From the IMG/VR virus record IMGVR_UViG_3300035698_017497, positions 61,757 through 125,756 of that record: 64,000 nt of DNA. One strand, 5' to 3'. The DNA comes from a virus. Made by a program: the position numbers and the translations under genes. How positions within the stretch are numbered: the first letter of the stretch is position 1; each line of letters begins with the position of its first letter. This document shows positions 17,220 to 27,900 of the stretch, piece by piece. The notes beneath the pieces were generated by a model. That model did no database searches. It was given only the letters and a program-made list of their open reading frames with translations, and was not told where the DNA came from.

Positions 17220-20126
17220 ATGAAAACCAGCAGAAAAAAACAGATTTATGGAAATCAGTACCAGATGGTATACATTGGCGACACTGATCTCGTTGGTATG
17301 GCTAAATGGTATGGTAACGAATCTTTTGCCAGCTTAGGGAACTCTACTGAGACCGTCATAGGCATGAAGTGTATACTGGATGATGGGTTCACTGGCGATC
17401 CTGGACCCGGAGCTGATATCGTTGCTGCTATAACTCCTGAAATACTATACAATAGAAGTAGTGACGATGAGTACACACTTATAGACAATACTGTCCCGTC
17501 TGTTAAAGTCGTTAAATCTTCCACAGTCTATATGGATATTAATGCTACTGGGTCATATGTAAAAATATACGGTTCAGCAGATGAGTACATACTAATGGAT
17601 GCAGTTAGTGGCCCAACTATAGATACGCATAAGACTGCAACTCAATTTATAAGACTCACGGCTGATTCGGCTGCAAATATTGGAATCACATGTCAGTACA
17701 GTGCTGCGTACAATGTCATCCTTCAGAATAATAGCGGTTTTTCAGAGTTAGAAATAAACGCTGGAACAGGACAAAGGATACTAGTTAGATCAGATAGCGG
17801 GATGCTTATACAACACGTAGCAGAAGCTGTTATAGTTGATAGTAATAAGATAATGTTTATATCTGATTATCCGACAAATACCGAGTCTGTAATTTATAGA
17901 GTGTCGAACGATAGCGGTAGCGGAGTCTTTGAAATTAACTCAACCGATTTTAAGGGTGAGGTTGGCGCTAAGGCTGTAATCTTTGGCAAGGCTTTAAATA
18001 TAGCTTCTATCAACGTGGCGGCATATCCTAATGATGAATATGCCGTTATAGGAATATCAACGGATGGTTTGATTGGATCGTACGGAAATTCCGCGCAAAC
18101 ATCTTCAACATATATAGGTCAGAATACTCGTGTTACCGGAAGTGGTACAACTCCAGTACCGGTGAGAAGAGTAGCTTCAGCTGGTCGTGGTGGAGCTGTA
18201 GTAGTTCTTCATAATACATCTGCTATATATAATTATTTGTATAATTCTGCATCAGATTCTTACGCTGAAATCTTGTCAATGTTTCCACATACTGACGCTG
18301 GAAATACTTCTGGCGGTTACATGAATGCTCACGGGTATGCTACATATAAAATGAATAATAATATGATGGCAGCTTGGTACATGGATGCATTTCCAACTCC
18401 AAAAGTTGCAACTTTTGAAGGTGACTCACTGGTAGTTGGTAGTTTATCGGCAGTAGTAGCAGCATATCCAGAAGATAATGACGGAGCATCCATACAGCTT
18501 CATGACAGTGGGTTTATACAAGCCTTTAATAATCTTAATTTCAACCCTCACGTAAGCATTGGGTACAACACTTACACAGTAGATGCTGGTTATGGAAACT
18601 TTTCATCAGTTAGGCATAACGTTGCGTACTCCGGTGGGTGCGCGCTATTAATGGGAGCGTTTTCTAAGTTTACGTTTAGAGCATATCAAAAAATTGCAGA
18701 TTCATATAAAGATATAGCGACCTTAAGCCCTAACTGGACTGATGACACTCCTGAGTTTTGGCTTGGCAGCTCAGCTACCGGAGCAGCTCGCGTTGGCATT
18801 GAAGCTAGATCTTATTTTGAATTTGACAATACTGCAGGACAGGGACAGGTTTATTTATATATAAGAGACGCTGCAACGACTACAGTATTTTACCCATTAA
18901 ATATTACATCAGGGGTATTTGAAGCAAACAACAATACTACTGTATGGTTTAATACGTTAAATTCCGGAGGGACTATAACTGGCGCGATAAGATGGCACTT
19001 AATGGGTGGAGTTGAGGTAAGGCAAGATTTTAAAGCCCCACTTGCTAGAGTCGGCATTAACGATGAAGATGCTGGTTTTAATTATGGGTCTGCTATAATA
19101 TACGAAAAGGATGACATAGGACTTGGGTTTAGATACACTGATACTAGTGAGTATTACACTAGTCTTTTCGCAATAGAAATAGGAGCAGCTACTGATACTT
19201 CATACTATCAATTTAGACAATTTAAAGATGGCGAAACTGGCCAGGCAGTCAATGGGATGCGTGTAGGAGTTACCACGACTGGAGTAGATATACTGGTAGA
19301 GGGTGCGCAAACATATTTAACCGTGGGAATGGGTGGATCTAATACATACCTTAAGTTTGATGCTACTACTTGTACCTTTAAGGATGGCACTACCACACTG
19401 TTATCTCTTGATGGTAGCGGCAGCCTTGACGTTGTTGGTAATATCGATATGGTGTTCACTAAATATATTGGGTCAGCCAATTCGAAAATTACATTTGACA
19501 ATGGCGAGCTATCATTTAATAATAATATATATCTTACAGCTGCCGTGTCTGCTGATAGGACACTTTATTTCAGCGCAGGTTCATATATAGAGTTTACGGA
19601 TTCAAGTACAATTAAGATTGCAAAATGGCTATCCTTAAATGCTATAAACGCAACTCTTTCCGCCTCATCAACTACTCAGAAGTCTATTGCGGCGTATGGA
19701 GATGACGCACTGCAGTTCTGTGTGAAGGATCCAGATACAACATATAGGGTTGTTGATATTGCCAGAAAGACTGTTAGCGGATACATGAGCAGAGCTATGA
19801 TTGGCGGGACTATGGCTAGCAAGATCATACCGCTTTTAACTGTTCTTGATACTCCTGTAGTTATAAAAAGAATGTCAGTATCAATGGCCTCTAGTGGTGC
19901 TGGGAATGTACCTTTGGCGCTTCGTAGATCAGTCAGCCTTGAAGCTGCAGAGGGAAGTCCTGGTGCAGGCACAGGTTTATCGTCATTTACCCTTACTGCA
20001 TCAACTACTATGGATTCTGACGATACTGTAGATCAGGCTATTGCTATTGATCAAGTTGTATACCTTGAAATCCAGGATACAAGCAATGTGTGCGACCTTG
20101 TGCATGTGGATATTGAATACATTTAA
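17220..20126 (+). CDS. Probable tail fibre/receptor-binding protein
   Basis: 968 aa, Gly/Ser/Thr/Ala-rich beta-strand repeats; followed by a terminator. Confidence 0.55.
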   Translation: MKTSRKKQIYGNQYQMVYIGDTDLVGMAKWYGNESFASLGNSTETVIGMKCILDDGFTGDPGPGADIVAAITPEILYNRSSDDEYTLIDNTVPSVKVVKSSTVYMDINATGSYVKIYGSADEYILMDAVSGPTIDTHKTATQFIRLTADSAANIGITCQYSAAYNVILQNNSGFSELEINAGTGQRILVRSDSGMLIQHVAEAVIVDSNKIMFISDYPTNTESVIYRVSNDSGSGVFEINSTDFKGEVGAKAVIFGKALNIASINVAAYPNDEYAVIGISTDGLIGSYGNSAQTSSTYIGQNTRVTGSGTTPVPVRRVASAGRGGAVVVLHNTSAIYNYLYNSASDSYAEILSMFPHTDAGNTSGGYMNAHGYATYKMNNNMMAAWYMDAFPTPKVATFEGDSLVVGSLSAVVAAYPEDNDGASIQLHDSGFIQAFNNLNFNPHVSIGYNTYTVDAGYGNFSSVRHNVAYSGGCALLMGAFSKFTFRAYQKIADSYKDIATLSPNWTDDTPEFWLGSSATGAARVGIEARSYFEFDNTAGQGQVYLYIRDAATTTVFYPLNITSGVFEANNNTTVWFNTLNSGGTITGAIRWHLMGGVEVRQDFKAPLARVGINDEDAGFNYGSAIIYEKDDIGLGFRYTDTSEYYTSLFAIEIGAATDTSYYQFRQFKDGETGQAVNGMRVGVTTTGVDILVEGAQTYLTVGMGGSNTYLKFDATTCTFKDGTTTLLSLDGSGSLDVVGNIDMVFTKYIGSANSKITFDNGELSFNNNIYLTAAVSADRTLYFSAGSYIEFTDSSTIKIAKWLSLNAINATLSASSTTQKSIAAYGDDALQFCVKDPDTTYRVVDIARKTVSGYMSRAMIGGTMASKIIPLLTVLDTPVVIKRMSVSMASSGAGNVPLALRRSVSLEAAEGSPGAGTGLSSFTLTASTTMDSDDTVDQAIAIDQVVYLEIQDTSNVCDLVHVDIEYI

Positions 20127-20153
20127 TCAAATCAACCTTAAATGTTGATACTG

Positions 20154-20189
20154 CCCTCTGAATAATGTATTTTATTCAGAGGGTTTTTT
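20154..20189 (+). terminator. Rho-independent terminator
   Basis: CCCTCTGAATAA-tgtatt-TTATTCAGAGGG then TTTTTT. Confidence 0.85.
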
Positions 20190-20234
20190 ATTACCCTATA
20201 AATGTATTTTTTACAAAAACGAAAGGGCTTTCGT

Positions 20235-20795
20235 ATGAGCGCTAAAGAACTAACAATGAGCAAGCTGCAGGCCATAACGGTCTACGGCACACTTCAAGCT
20301 GCACCTAAGACAGGTGACGTTCAAACCCGTATTGCTATGGCACAGAATGTTAAAGCTATGGAATCTACTGTAATTCCTTACTCCAAAGTTGTTGGCGAAT
20401 GTATAGAACTCGTCAAAGAGCAAAAAGAAGCTATCGATAACAAGTACTGCGCTAAGGATAAAGAAGGTAGCTATACAGTCAAAAGAAATGAACAAAATAT
20501 GGTTAGAGGCTTATCCCTTTCTGGGTTAGCATTCTTCCCAATGTACGAGACCGAAGATCTTGAAAAATACGCATCATATGATGCTGAAGTCATCGCTATT
20601 GGTAAAAAAGAGCAGATCGAAAAGATGACTGAGATGCTAGACGAAAAAGTAACTTTTGTATTGGAGACTTTGAATCCTAATAGTATGGGTACAGAGTTTA
20701 ACAATGTAGATGTTACAATTCTTATAGACCTTCTGAGCGATAACTCCTCTGAAGCATCTGAAAAAAAAGAAACTAAAGAGCCTAACAAGGAGTAG
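20235..20795 (+). CDS. Hypothetical coiled-coil protein (possible fibre chaperone)
   Basis: Start placed at ATG 20235 (GAAAGGG upstream); charged helical sequence. Confidence 0.55.
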   Translation: MSAKELTMSKLQAITVYGTLQAAPKTGDVQTRIAMAQNVKAMESTVIPYSKVVGECIELVKEQKEAIDNKYCAKDKEGSYTVKRNEQNMVRGLSLSGLAFFPMYETEDLEKYASYDAEVIAIGKKEQIEKMTEMLDEKVTFVLETLNPNSMGTEFNNVDVTILIDLLSDNSSEASEKKETKEPNKE

Positions 20796-20798
20796 CAC

Positions 20799-21356
20799 AT
20801 GCTACAAGTCCAATCTTTTAATCCAGAGGTTGATAAGTATATATCAGTCTCTGGTATTAATATTGTTAATGGAGGGGCCTTCGGGGCTCCTCTAATTACA
20901 GCAACACCGCTCAATATTGACATTCGATTCTATGATCTTACAATAACTGTTCCTGGTGTAAATTATTTTGATGTGTCCGGAATAGATATAGTAAGGAATA
21001 GCGACACTGGAGATTGGTTAATCGACTCCGACGATATCGTTCCTAGCGATTCATTTTGGGTCAACAATCACAAGTACACCGCTACAGTAAAAGAATCGGC
21101 AGTGGTAGAGGGAATGGCTGATTTTATTCTTGGTGAATTTATATGGACAGATAATATTACTGAGCAGGTTTTGATGGAGTTGCCTAGCAGGATAATAATT
21201 AATGACGGAGACCCAATAACTGCTCGCATGGAATGGTATGATTCTGGAAGTGATGATGCTATTTTTATAGCAAAACTTTATAGAGATGGTACCGGAGTTG
21301 TTCCGGCTACAAATCATGGGAACATAACTCATCGCGGGGAAGTATATCATGTATGA
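20799..21356 (+). CDS. Hypothetical virion protein, paralog A
   Basis: AAGGAG RBS; similar to the next ORF (KYISVSGINIV / KYIAVKGLDVI; MEWYD / MAWYE; ITHRG / VTHRG). Confidence 0.65.
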   Translation: MLQVQSFNPEVDKYISVSGINIVNGGAFGAPLITATPLNIDIRFYDLTITVPGVNYFDVSGIDIVRNSDTGDWLIDSDDIVPSDSFWVNNHKYTATVKESAVVEGMADFILGEFIWTDNITEQVLMELPSRIIINDGDPITARMEWYDSGSDDAIFIAKLYRDGTGVVPATNHGNITHRGEVYHV

Positions 21357-21951
21357 GGCACAAGTTGTTAATATAGATTCGCAGAAATACATTGCCGTAA
21401 AAGGCTTAGATGTCATATCTGCACAGTTATCTGATGGAGTTGCCGATGGTCCAGTACCAGATGTTATAAATGTTAACATATATTTATTCAAGACATCTGA
21501 CAATACCGACTCGACATTCGTAACACAGTTGAGAAGGCTTAAATCTGGAGAAGATCTGATATGGTTATTGGACATAAACACATCGTTCAACACTAATCTT
21601 TTACATGCTGGAAGATACACTGCTAAAATAACTGACGCCAGAACTTTAAATGTTAGCGAGACTCAGACAACATACGCAGACGCAGGAACAAAAATGCTTG
21701 ATTTTTGGCTTGACGAATTTGTAGTAGACACATGCAAGCTTGAATCTGTAGTTGCTAGATATGCGTATCAGATAGAAACTTCAGGAGTCAGCAACCTTAT
21801 CATGGCATGGTACGAAACTGACACCTCATTTGGAGCTCCGGGCCTTGTAAAATACTATGCAGTTTTATATAAGGGAAATTTCGGAACAGATAGAGCTAGT
21901 TTAATTTCAGAGGTAACCCATAGAGGCCCTGTAATCAAAGGCAACCCGTAA
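21349..21951 (+). CDS. Hypothetical virion protein, paralog B
   Basis: Overlaps the upstream stop and shares motifs with 20799-21356. Confidence 0.65.
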   Translation: MYEAQVVNIDSQKYIAVKGLDVISAQLSDGVADGPVPDVINVNIYLFKTSDNTDSTFVTQLRRLKSGEDLIWLLDINTSFNTNLLHAGRYTAKITDARTLNVSETQTTYADAGTKMLDFWLDEFVVDTCKLESVVARYAYQIETSGVSNLIMAWYETDTSFGAPGLVKYYAVLYKGNFGTDRASLISEVTHRGPVIKGNP

Positions 21952-24900
21952 ATGTTTAAAAATCCTACGTTAAATAATATTTCGATATTACCGATACATA
22001 ATTCAAACTTTTGTTCATTTGAAAATTTATCAGAGCAAATTTATTTTTCGGTAGGTTCCGCTGGTGATATGTTTGACCACTCGGGGAGCGATAATTCACA
22101 TGTGTATGATGGCGTTATATCATTTGACATTAATCAGATACATCAAAGCGTAGGAATTGGCGATAAGATCACCATGGATAATGGCGATATTTATTATATA
22201 AAAGGAATTGTTGATAGCAGGTCATGGAAGGTGGGCGTTGTTGATGGGTCACGCCCAAGCGACAGTACAGACTTATCGGTTGTTTCTGTTGAAAAAGCTT
22301 ATAACGGTATTGGTGACGCCATAGATAGTATAGAGCGTATTATCACCAATGACTTCGCCACAAGCGTAGACCTACAAGACGAGCGCACTATTGTTAATAT
22401 AGCATGCTACGACATAGACGATTCGGTGACAAAGGGAATATCATTCTCGAATCAAATAACTATGGGTGCTGCAGGATACATAAGGATCTTTAATCCTCAT
22501 GTTGAGGGCGTAGAGTGCATAAGAAGCCAGAAGCACAATGGTCACCTTGAGTCTGGGAAATACAATCTAACGTTAAACACCGACAGTGTTGGCGGAACAT
22601 CGATAGGCATAAGTCTTTCTGATTACGCTGAGATTGACGGTATGTATATCATAGACTCTTCTGAAAATTCAGACTATACCATATCGCTCTCATCAGGGTC
22701 CAAAATCTTAAGGAGTTATATTGATGCCACTATTGCCAAAAGCAATGCGTGCCTTAATAGCACCGACGGAACGACTGTTCCGGGAATTGTTGCTTACAAT
22801 ACAATCGATTCATCAAATTATACTGTTGTGCTTAACGACCTTGCTCTTAGCACATCTGATTATTACGAAACTTGGTTTTTAAATAATACAATAATTAATG
22901 CTGTTACAGGAATTAATTGCGGACATGCAGATTCTATTATAGCAAGATGTCTGCTACAGTCATGTTCCACTGCATCCGTGGCTCATGTTGACACGTCAAA
23001 TATCTATGATACCACCACAGGCGACACCACGGTGCCAGCTTCTTTGGGAAACGTTCAGAGCGAGACTATTCCATTCCAAACTGACTATATACTTAATGAC
23101 GTATGCGGAAGCGCTCTTACAGCCACTCCAACTGAGCCATTTGAAGTTGAGTACGCAAATTTAAAAACAGACATATTTGGAAATTTAATGTCGCTGCCAG
23201 GAAGAGGTAGTCACAGGTATGTGTCAAGACGAATATACGGCGTAGGCGAGAGTAGCGCTGATATAAAAACTGGATCACCAACGGTAGACATATCAAGTGG
23301 AGTGCTTACATTCTCTACACCCCAGACACATGCTGATGTTACATCCGGATACATAGTAACATTGAGCGGAGTCGACAATGTAATTCTACATGAGCAGATA
23401 AGTTCAGACTCGTGGCTAGTAGCAAAGCATGGATACGCTGACAAATATGCTCCTGCGGACGGCACCAGCATAACTGTAACATCTATAACTCCGGAAACCA
23501 CTTCGCTATACACGGCTAAGGAAACATATATAGAATTAGTAAATGTACATACTCTTGATATTAGGCTGGTGATTAATTGCGTATCTGGTGTTAGTAACGG
23601 GTTATTGGATTTTTATGGAAGCGCAATAATTCCTGATGTTTATAAGTATAGCCCAGACCAATATAGTGAAATTAGAAAAGATATTGACAGAGAGTTTATC
23701 ATAACTGGAGGATCAAATTACTCTGACATTATTTGGATATCTTCGTTCGCAAATTTAAGGTTTACTAACCTAATCTTTGCTAATTGCAATACAGCGATAA
23801 CCATAACGTCAACACCGAATATTAAAATAACAGGATGTGAATTTAGAGATTGCAATAGTGACGCTATACGCGACTATGGAGCTGTTACAGTCCCATGCGG
23901 AGGGGTGTTAATAGCAAATAATATCATTCGTGATTGTAAGGGATATGCTATCAATATTGTTGATAGTGATTCTCCTGCTGTTAATCCATATAGTAGTTAT
24001 CATATTACGCATAACACTATCGCTAAATGTAAAAATGGAATAAGGATAGCTGTCAAGAATTTGGGTCGTGATAGTTACACTATTATGAATAACATTATAG
24101 TAGACTGTGGCGACAGTGCTATAGATGCTGATATGTCTCCATTAAGCTACGGCGCATACTCTGGGAACTATTCAGATGATGAGTCAATACTTCAGCTTGG
24201 GGAATTGAATAGCGCATTAGAGAATCAAGTCAAGTTTAGCCAAAGAGTAGACACACCCTACGTTGTTGACACAGCGTACGAGGCTACAAATATGTCTGTG
24301 AAGCCAATTTTAAATAAGGAGAAGTTTGATTTTTCTACAGGAATACTTGAAAAAAATAGAAACGATGTAATTTACTGTGCTGGAGCATATGCATTTACTA
24401 TAGAAAATCATAGGTTTATGTCAGTTAGAAAGGATCCTCTTACGGCATCCTACTCGACTGGAGACGTCGAGCTTAAGAATTCGATACTAACATTTGATAC
24501 AACACCGTCTACAGAATTGGTTATAGGCGATAAGGTAACGTTCACAGACGAAGCTGTCTCTGTTTATTTAGCAAGTAAAATCAATGCATATAGTTGGGTT
24601 GTTGTAGATAATACTGGAAACTTATATAGTGCAGACATAGAGCCATCTGGCACAACTACCATCTCAGAGGTATCAGACGATCTTAAAAACGCAATCGATA
24701 CAGATTTCGCTAGCGAATTCGTGTCTCCGGCAAGTCTAGATAGCAAGATTACTATCGCAATAGCATCCTCTTCCGTAGCATACTCACATGACGGTGTAGA
24801 AATACCTGCATTATGGAATACTACTTCTGAAAACAGGCTTGTGATAAAGACTCCGGTAGATACGTTTACTGAATGTAATTCTGCGCATAGGCATGATAAT

Positions 24901-27900
24901 ACTACTGACGCACCATTGGGTGAAATAAGAATAACTAATGGTGAGACTTACGGCATATTAATAGAAGCCAGCTTTGTTGATATTGAAGGCTTGAACATCA
25001 CAAGAGACGCTTCCAACATCAGTGCACTTGAAGGAATAAGGCTTAGCGACACTGCTGCGTATTGTTGCGTAACAAAGAATCTGATACATAACATTACTGA
25101 TGGTATAGTGCAGGAATATAGTGTGTCTACTGTTATGGGCGCTATAATAGATATGAATACCACACTAAGCATAGACGATGAAGCTTTTCAGATATCTGAC
25201 GGGACAGCTGAATTTAATACAGCTATAGATACTGGCGGCAATGCTTACACCTTAAACGCAAAAGCTAAACTGGCCAACTCAACATCTATCAATACTGTTG
25301 GGTATAGCCTGGTGCAGATAGATGATTCTCAGGCGATATCTTGCATTTTTGATGGGACTATAATTGGGTACAGCTCTGGGTATAAACTTCCAGCAATGTA
25401 TAACACAAACTGCATTGAGAGCGTAACTGCAGTTACTCAAAATGCAGATATAAATAATCCTACGACTGGAAAATTTCACAGATACGATTTTGACCATACT
25501 TATGCAGCGACACCAGTTTACAGTAATGAGGCTACAGATATAGCTGGAAATTATATAAAAGAATTTTCCAAAGGTTCTGATCAGCCAGATGAAGATACTA
25601 TTGAGATGCTTTACTCTTACGGATACCAAACAGATTTCCTGTCTGGCGGTAGTTCTAATGGGACAATATCTGGAGGTATTCTTACATTCTCAGACGTTAC
25701 AAATTTTGATGCTGACCCAAGGTTTGGGGCTGGGCATGTTGTAAAAATGTCTGGTGGTGACGAGGTATATTTGCAGCGAAGAGTCAAGCCGTTTTACAAT
25801 ACTCAGTGGGTAGTTAAGGATTTGCATGGAGAAACTCCTGATGATTTATCTATAGAAGCTGTCTCAAGTATTGAATACGCAGTATATTCAGACATCGTAG
25901 CAGCTAACAATGGCAGGGTTTTCGATTCATACCATGCAAATACAGCGCATAGTCTTTCAAGAAAGTTATCTACAGGGCACAGCCAGCCGTTCCATCCTAG
26001 AAATGCAAGGATGGTGGTAATCGCTATAGTTTATCCGTCAGATAAAATCTCTGGAAATTACGGATATCCATTTCAGACTACCGAAGCTGTACTTGGCGCA
26101 GGAAGCATGACTACTAAGGATCATTATTTTAAACTGACGACATCTTATGATTATATATGGATGAGTAATTATAATGTTAGATATCTAAACGATTCTATAG
26201 GTGGAATATATAGCAATAATAATATATTAGGAAATACAGTTACTCCAGCTGACGGAACGGTAGTTAAAGTCGCTGCAGATTACACTGTTGTAGAGGGCTT
26301 AAAGATGATATACAGCTCTATACAAATAGCCAATGCTAGTGAATGCAAAATAGACGGGTGCTTAGTGTACGATACTATATCAGCCACCAACATGCTTGAG
26401 CCATGCATTGCGAATTATTATAGCGGAAGATGGTACCAACATGCCGGCCTTACTCAAAAATTCTATGAAGTTTCCACGATTAGTTCGATTTGGAATACCG
26501 TGTACGGTAATTCTACTAACAACGGTGGCGTTGTGTCGATGGATGTTGACGATGTTTATTATTCAATTATAGACCCTGCCAACACTTCCAATATCGTTGA
26601 GGTGGAAGCTATGCCGACGTCTAGTAATTACAATATAGGTTTTAAGTATTCTGAATCCGTGACTCCGACAACTGCCGAGTTTAATGTTGATTACGTTGAT
26701 GACGAATATGCTAAAATTACATATGATTTTAATACCGTAGACGGAACACCAGTGTCAACGTATAAAGAGATTTTAATAAGGCTAAAGTTTGGTCAGCCGA
26801 TAAGATTAAGATTAGCAGTTAAGGCTGATGCGTATAATGGAAATGGATACTTCTCTCTTGATAAATCTGGATCGTACAATCTTATAGCTCAAATAAAAGT
26901 TAACGGTGAATGGTTTACAATATCTGACGACGCTATACTTGCAATATCCGACAACGACTTCGAGGTGAAGACTACTAATTCAGGATTTAACGAATTCGAC
27001 TTTGCGTCAAATGTTGTAGCGACAACTTTTGTTACTACATTTTTAAAACCTGGAACTACATACAACTTAGGGTCCATGGAGAAAGCCTACATTTCGAGTT
27101 GCTTGGCAATGGCTGGATATTACGGATGCATAATGTCTGGAGGAAGAGATATAGTATACAACTGTACCGCAAAACTCCCTACCGCTAGCGCAGCATTCGT
27201 ATATCATTATAAGGATAAGCTTGTCAACTGCTACGGCGAAGGAATATCTGGATTAAACACATCCTTCTATCCGGCAATTGAATACGAGGCAACTATTCAT
27301 CACTGCATTGCGTCTGACTCGTGGCTTGATTCATACATAGACTCTGATAATACTCTTCAATGTTTTGGTGACTATGTTAATTACAACGCCCTTTACGGTA
27401 ACTTTGTTCATGGGTTTAATCAGCGCGATCAATTTCTAAACTCATCTGGGGTAGATCTTTCTAGAGATCCTGATTACCCAATACAGAGAAGTATTAATGG
27501 AAGCGAGTTCGACGATGGTCGTAATTGGCCTATGGGATCAGTGTCTCAAAATAGGACAAATGCTGTAATAATAAAAGTATCAGTAGGAGACACATCAGAC
27601 GATTTTGGGTCAGGCGGAACGTGTACATTGAAGGTTGCTCCTATAACAGACATCGTTCAACATACCGGGTACACAGCGGTAACTTTTGATACTCCGCAAA
27701 CAGACGTCTTGCTGACTGCAGGGATGAAGGTTGAGATTTCTGGATGGGGCAATACGACCCTGCCGATCTACCTTTCTAAAAAGATAAGCAACACGGTATG
27801 GGAGTGTCATACAGTGTCTGGACTCGGAGATGCCGGAGCTTCTGGAGAATTTTCTGGAACAGTTTTAAGCATAAAACCTATGTACGATAATCTATCAGAC

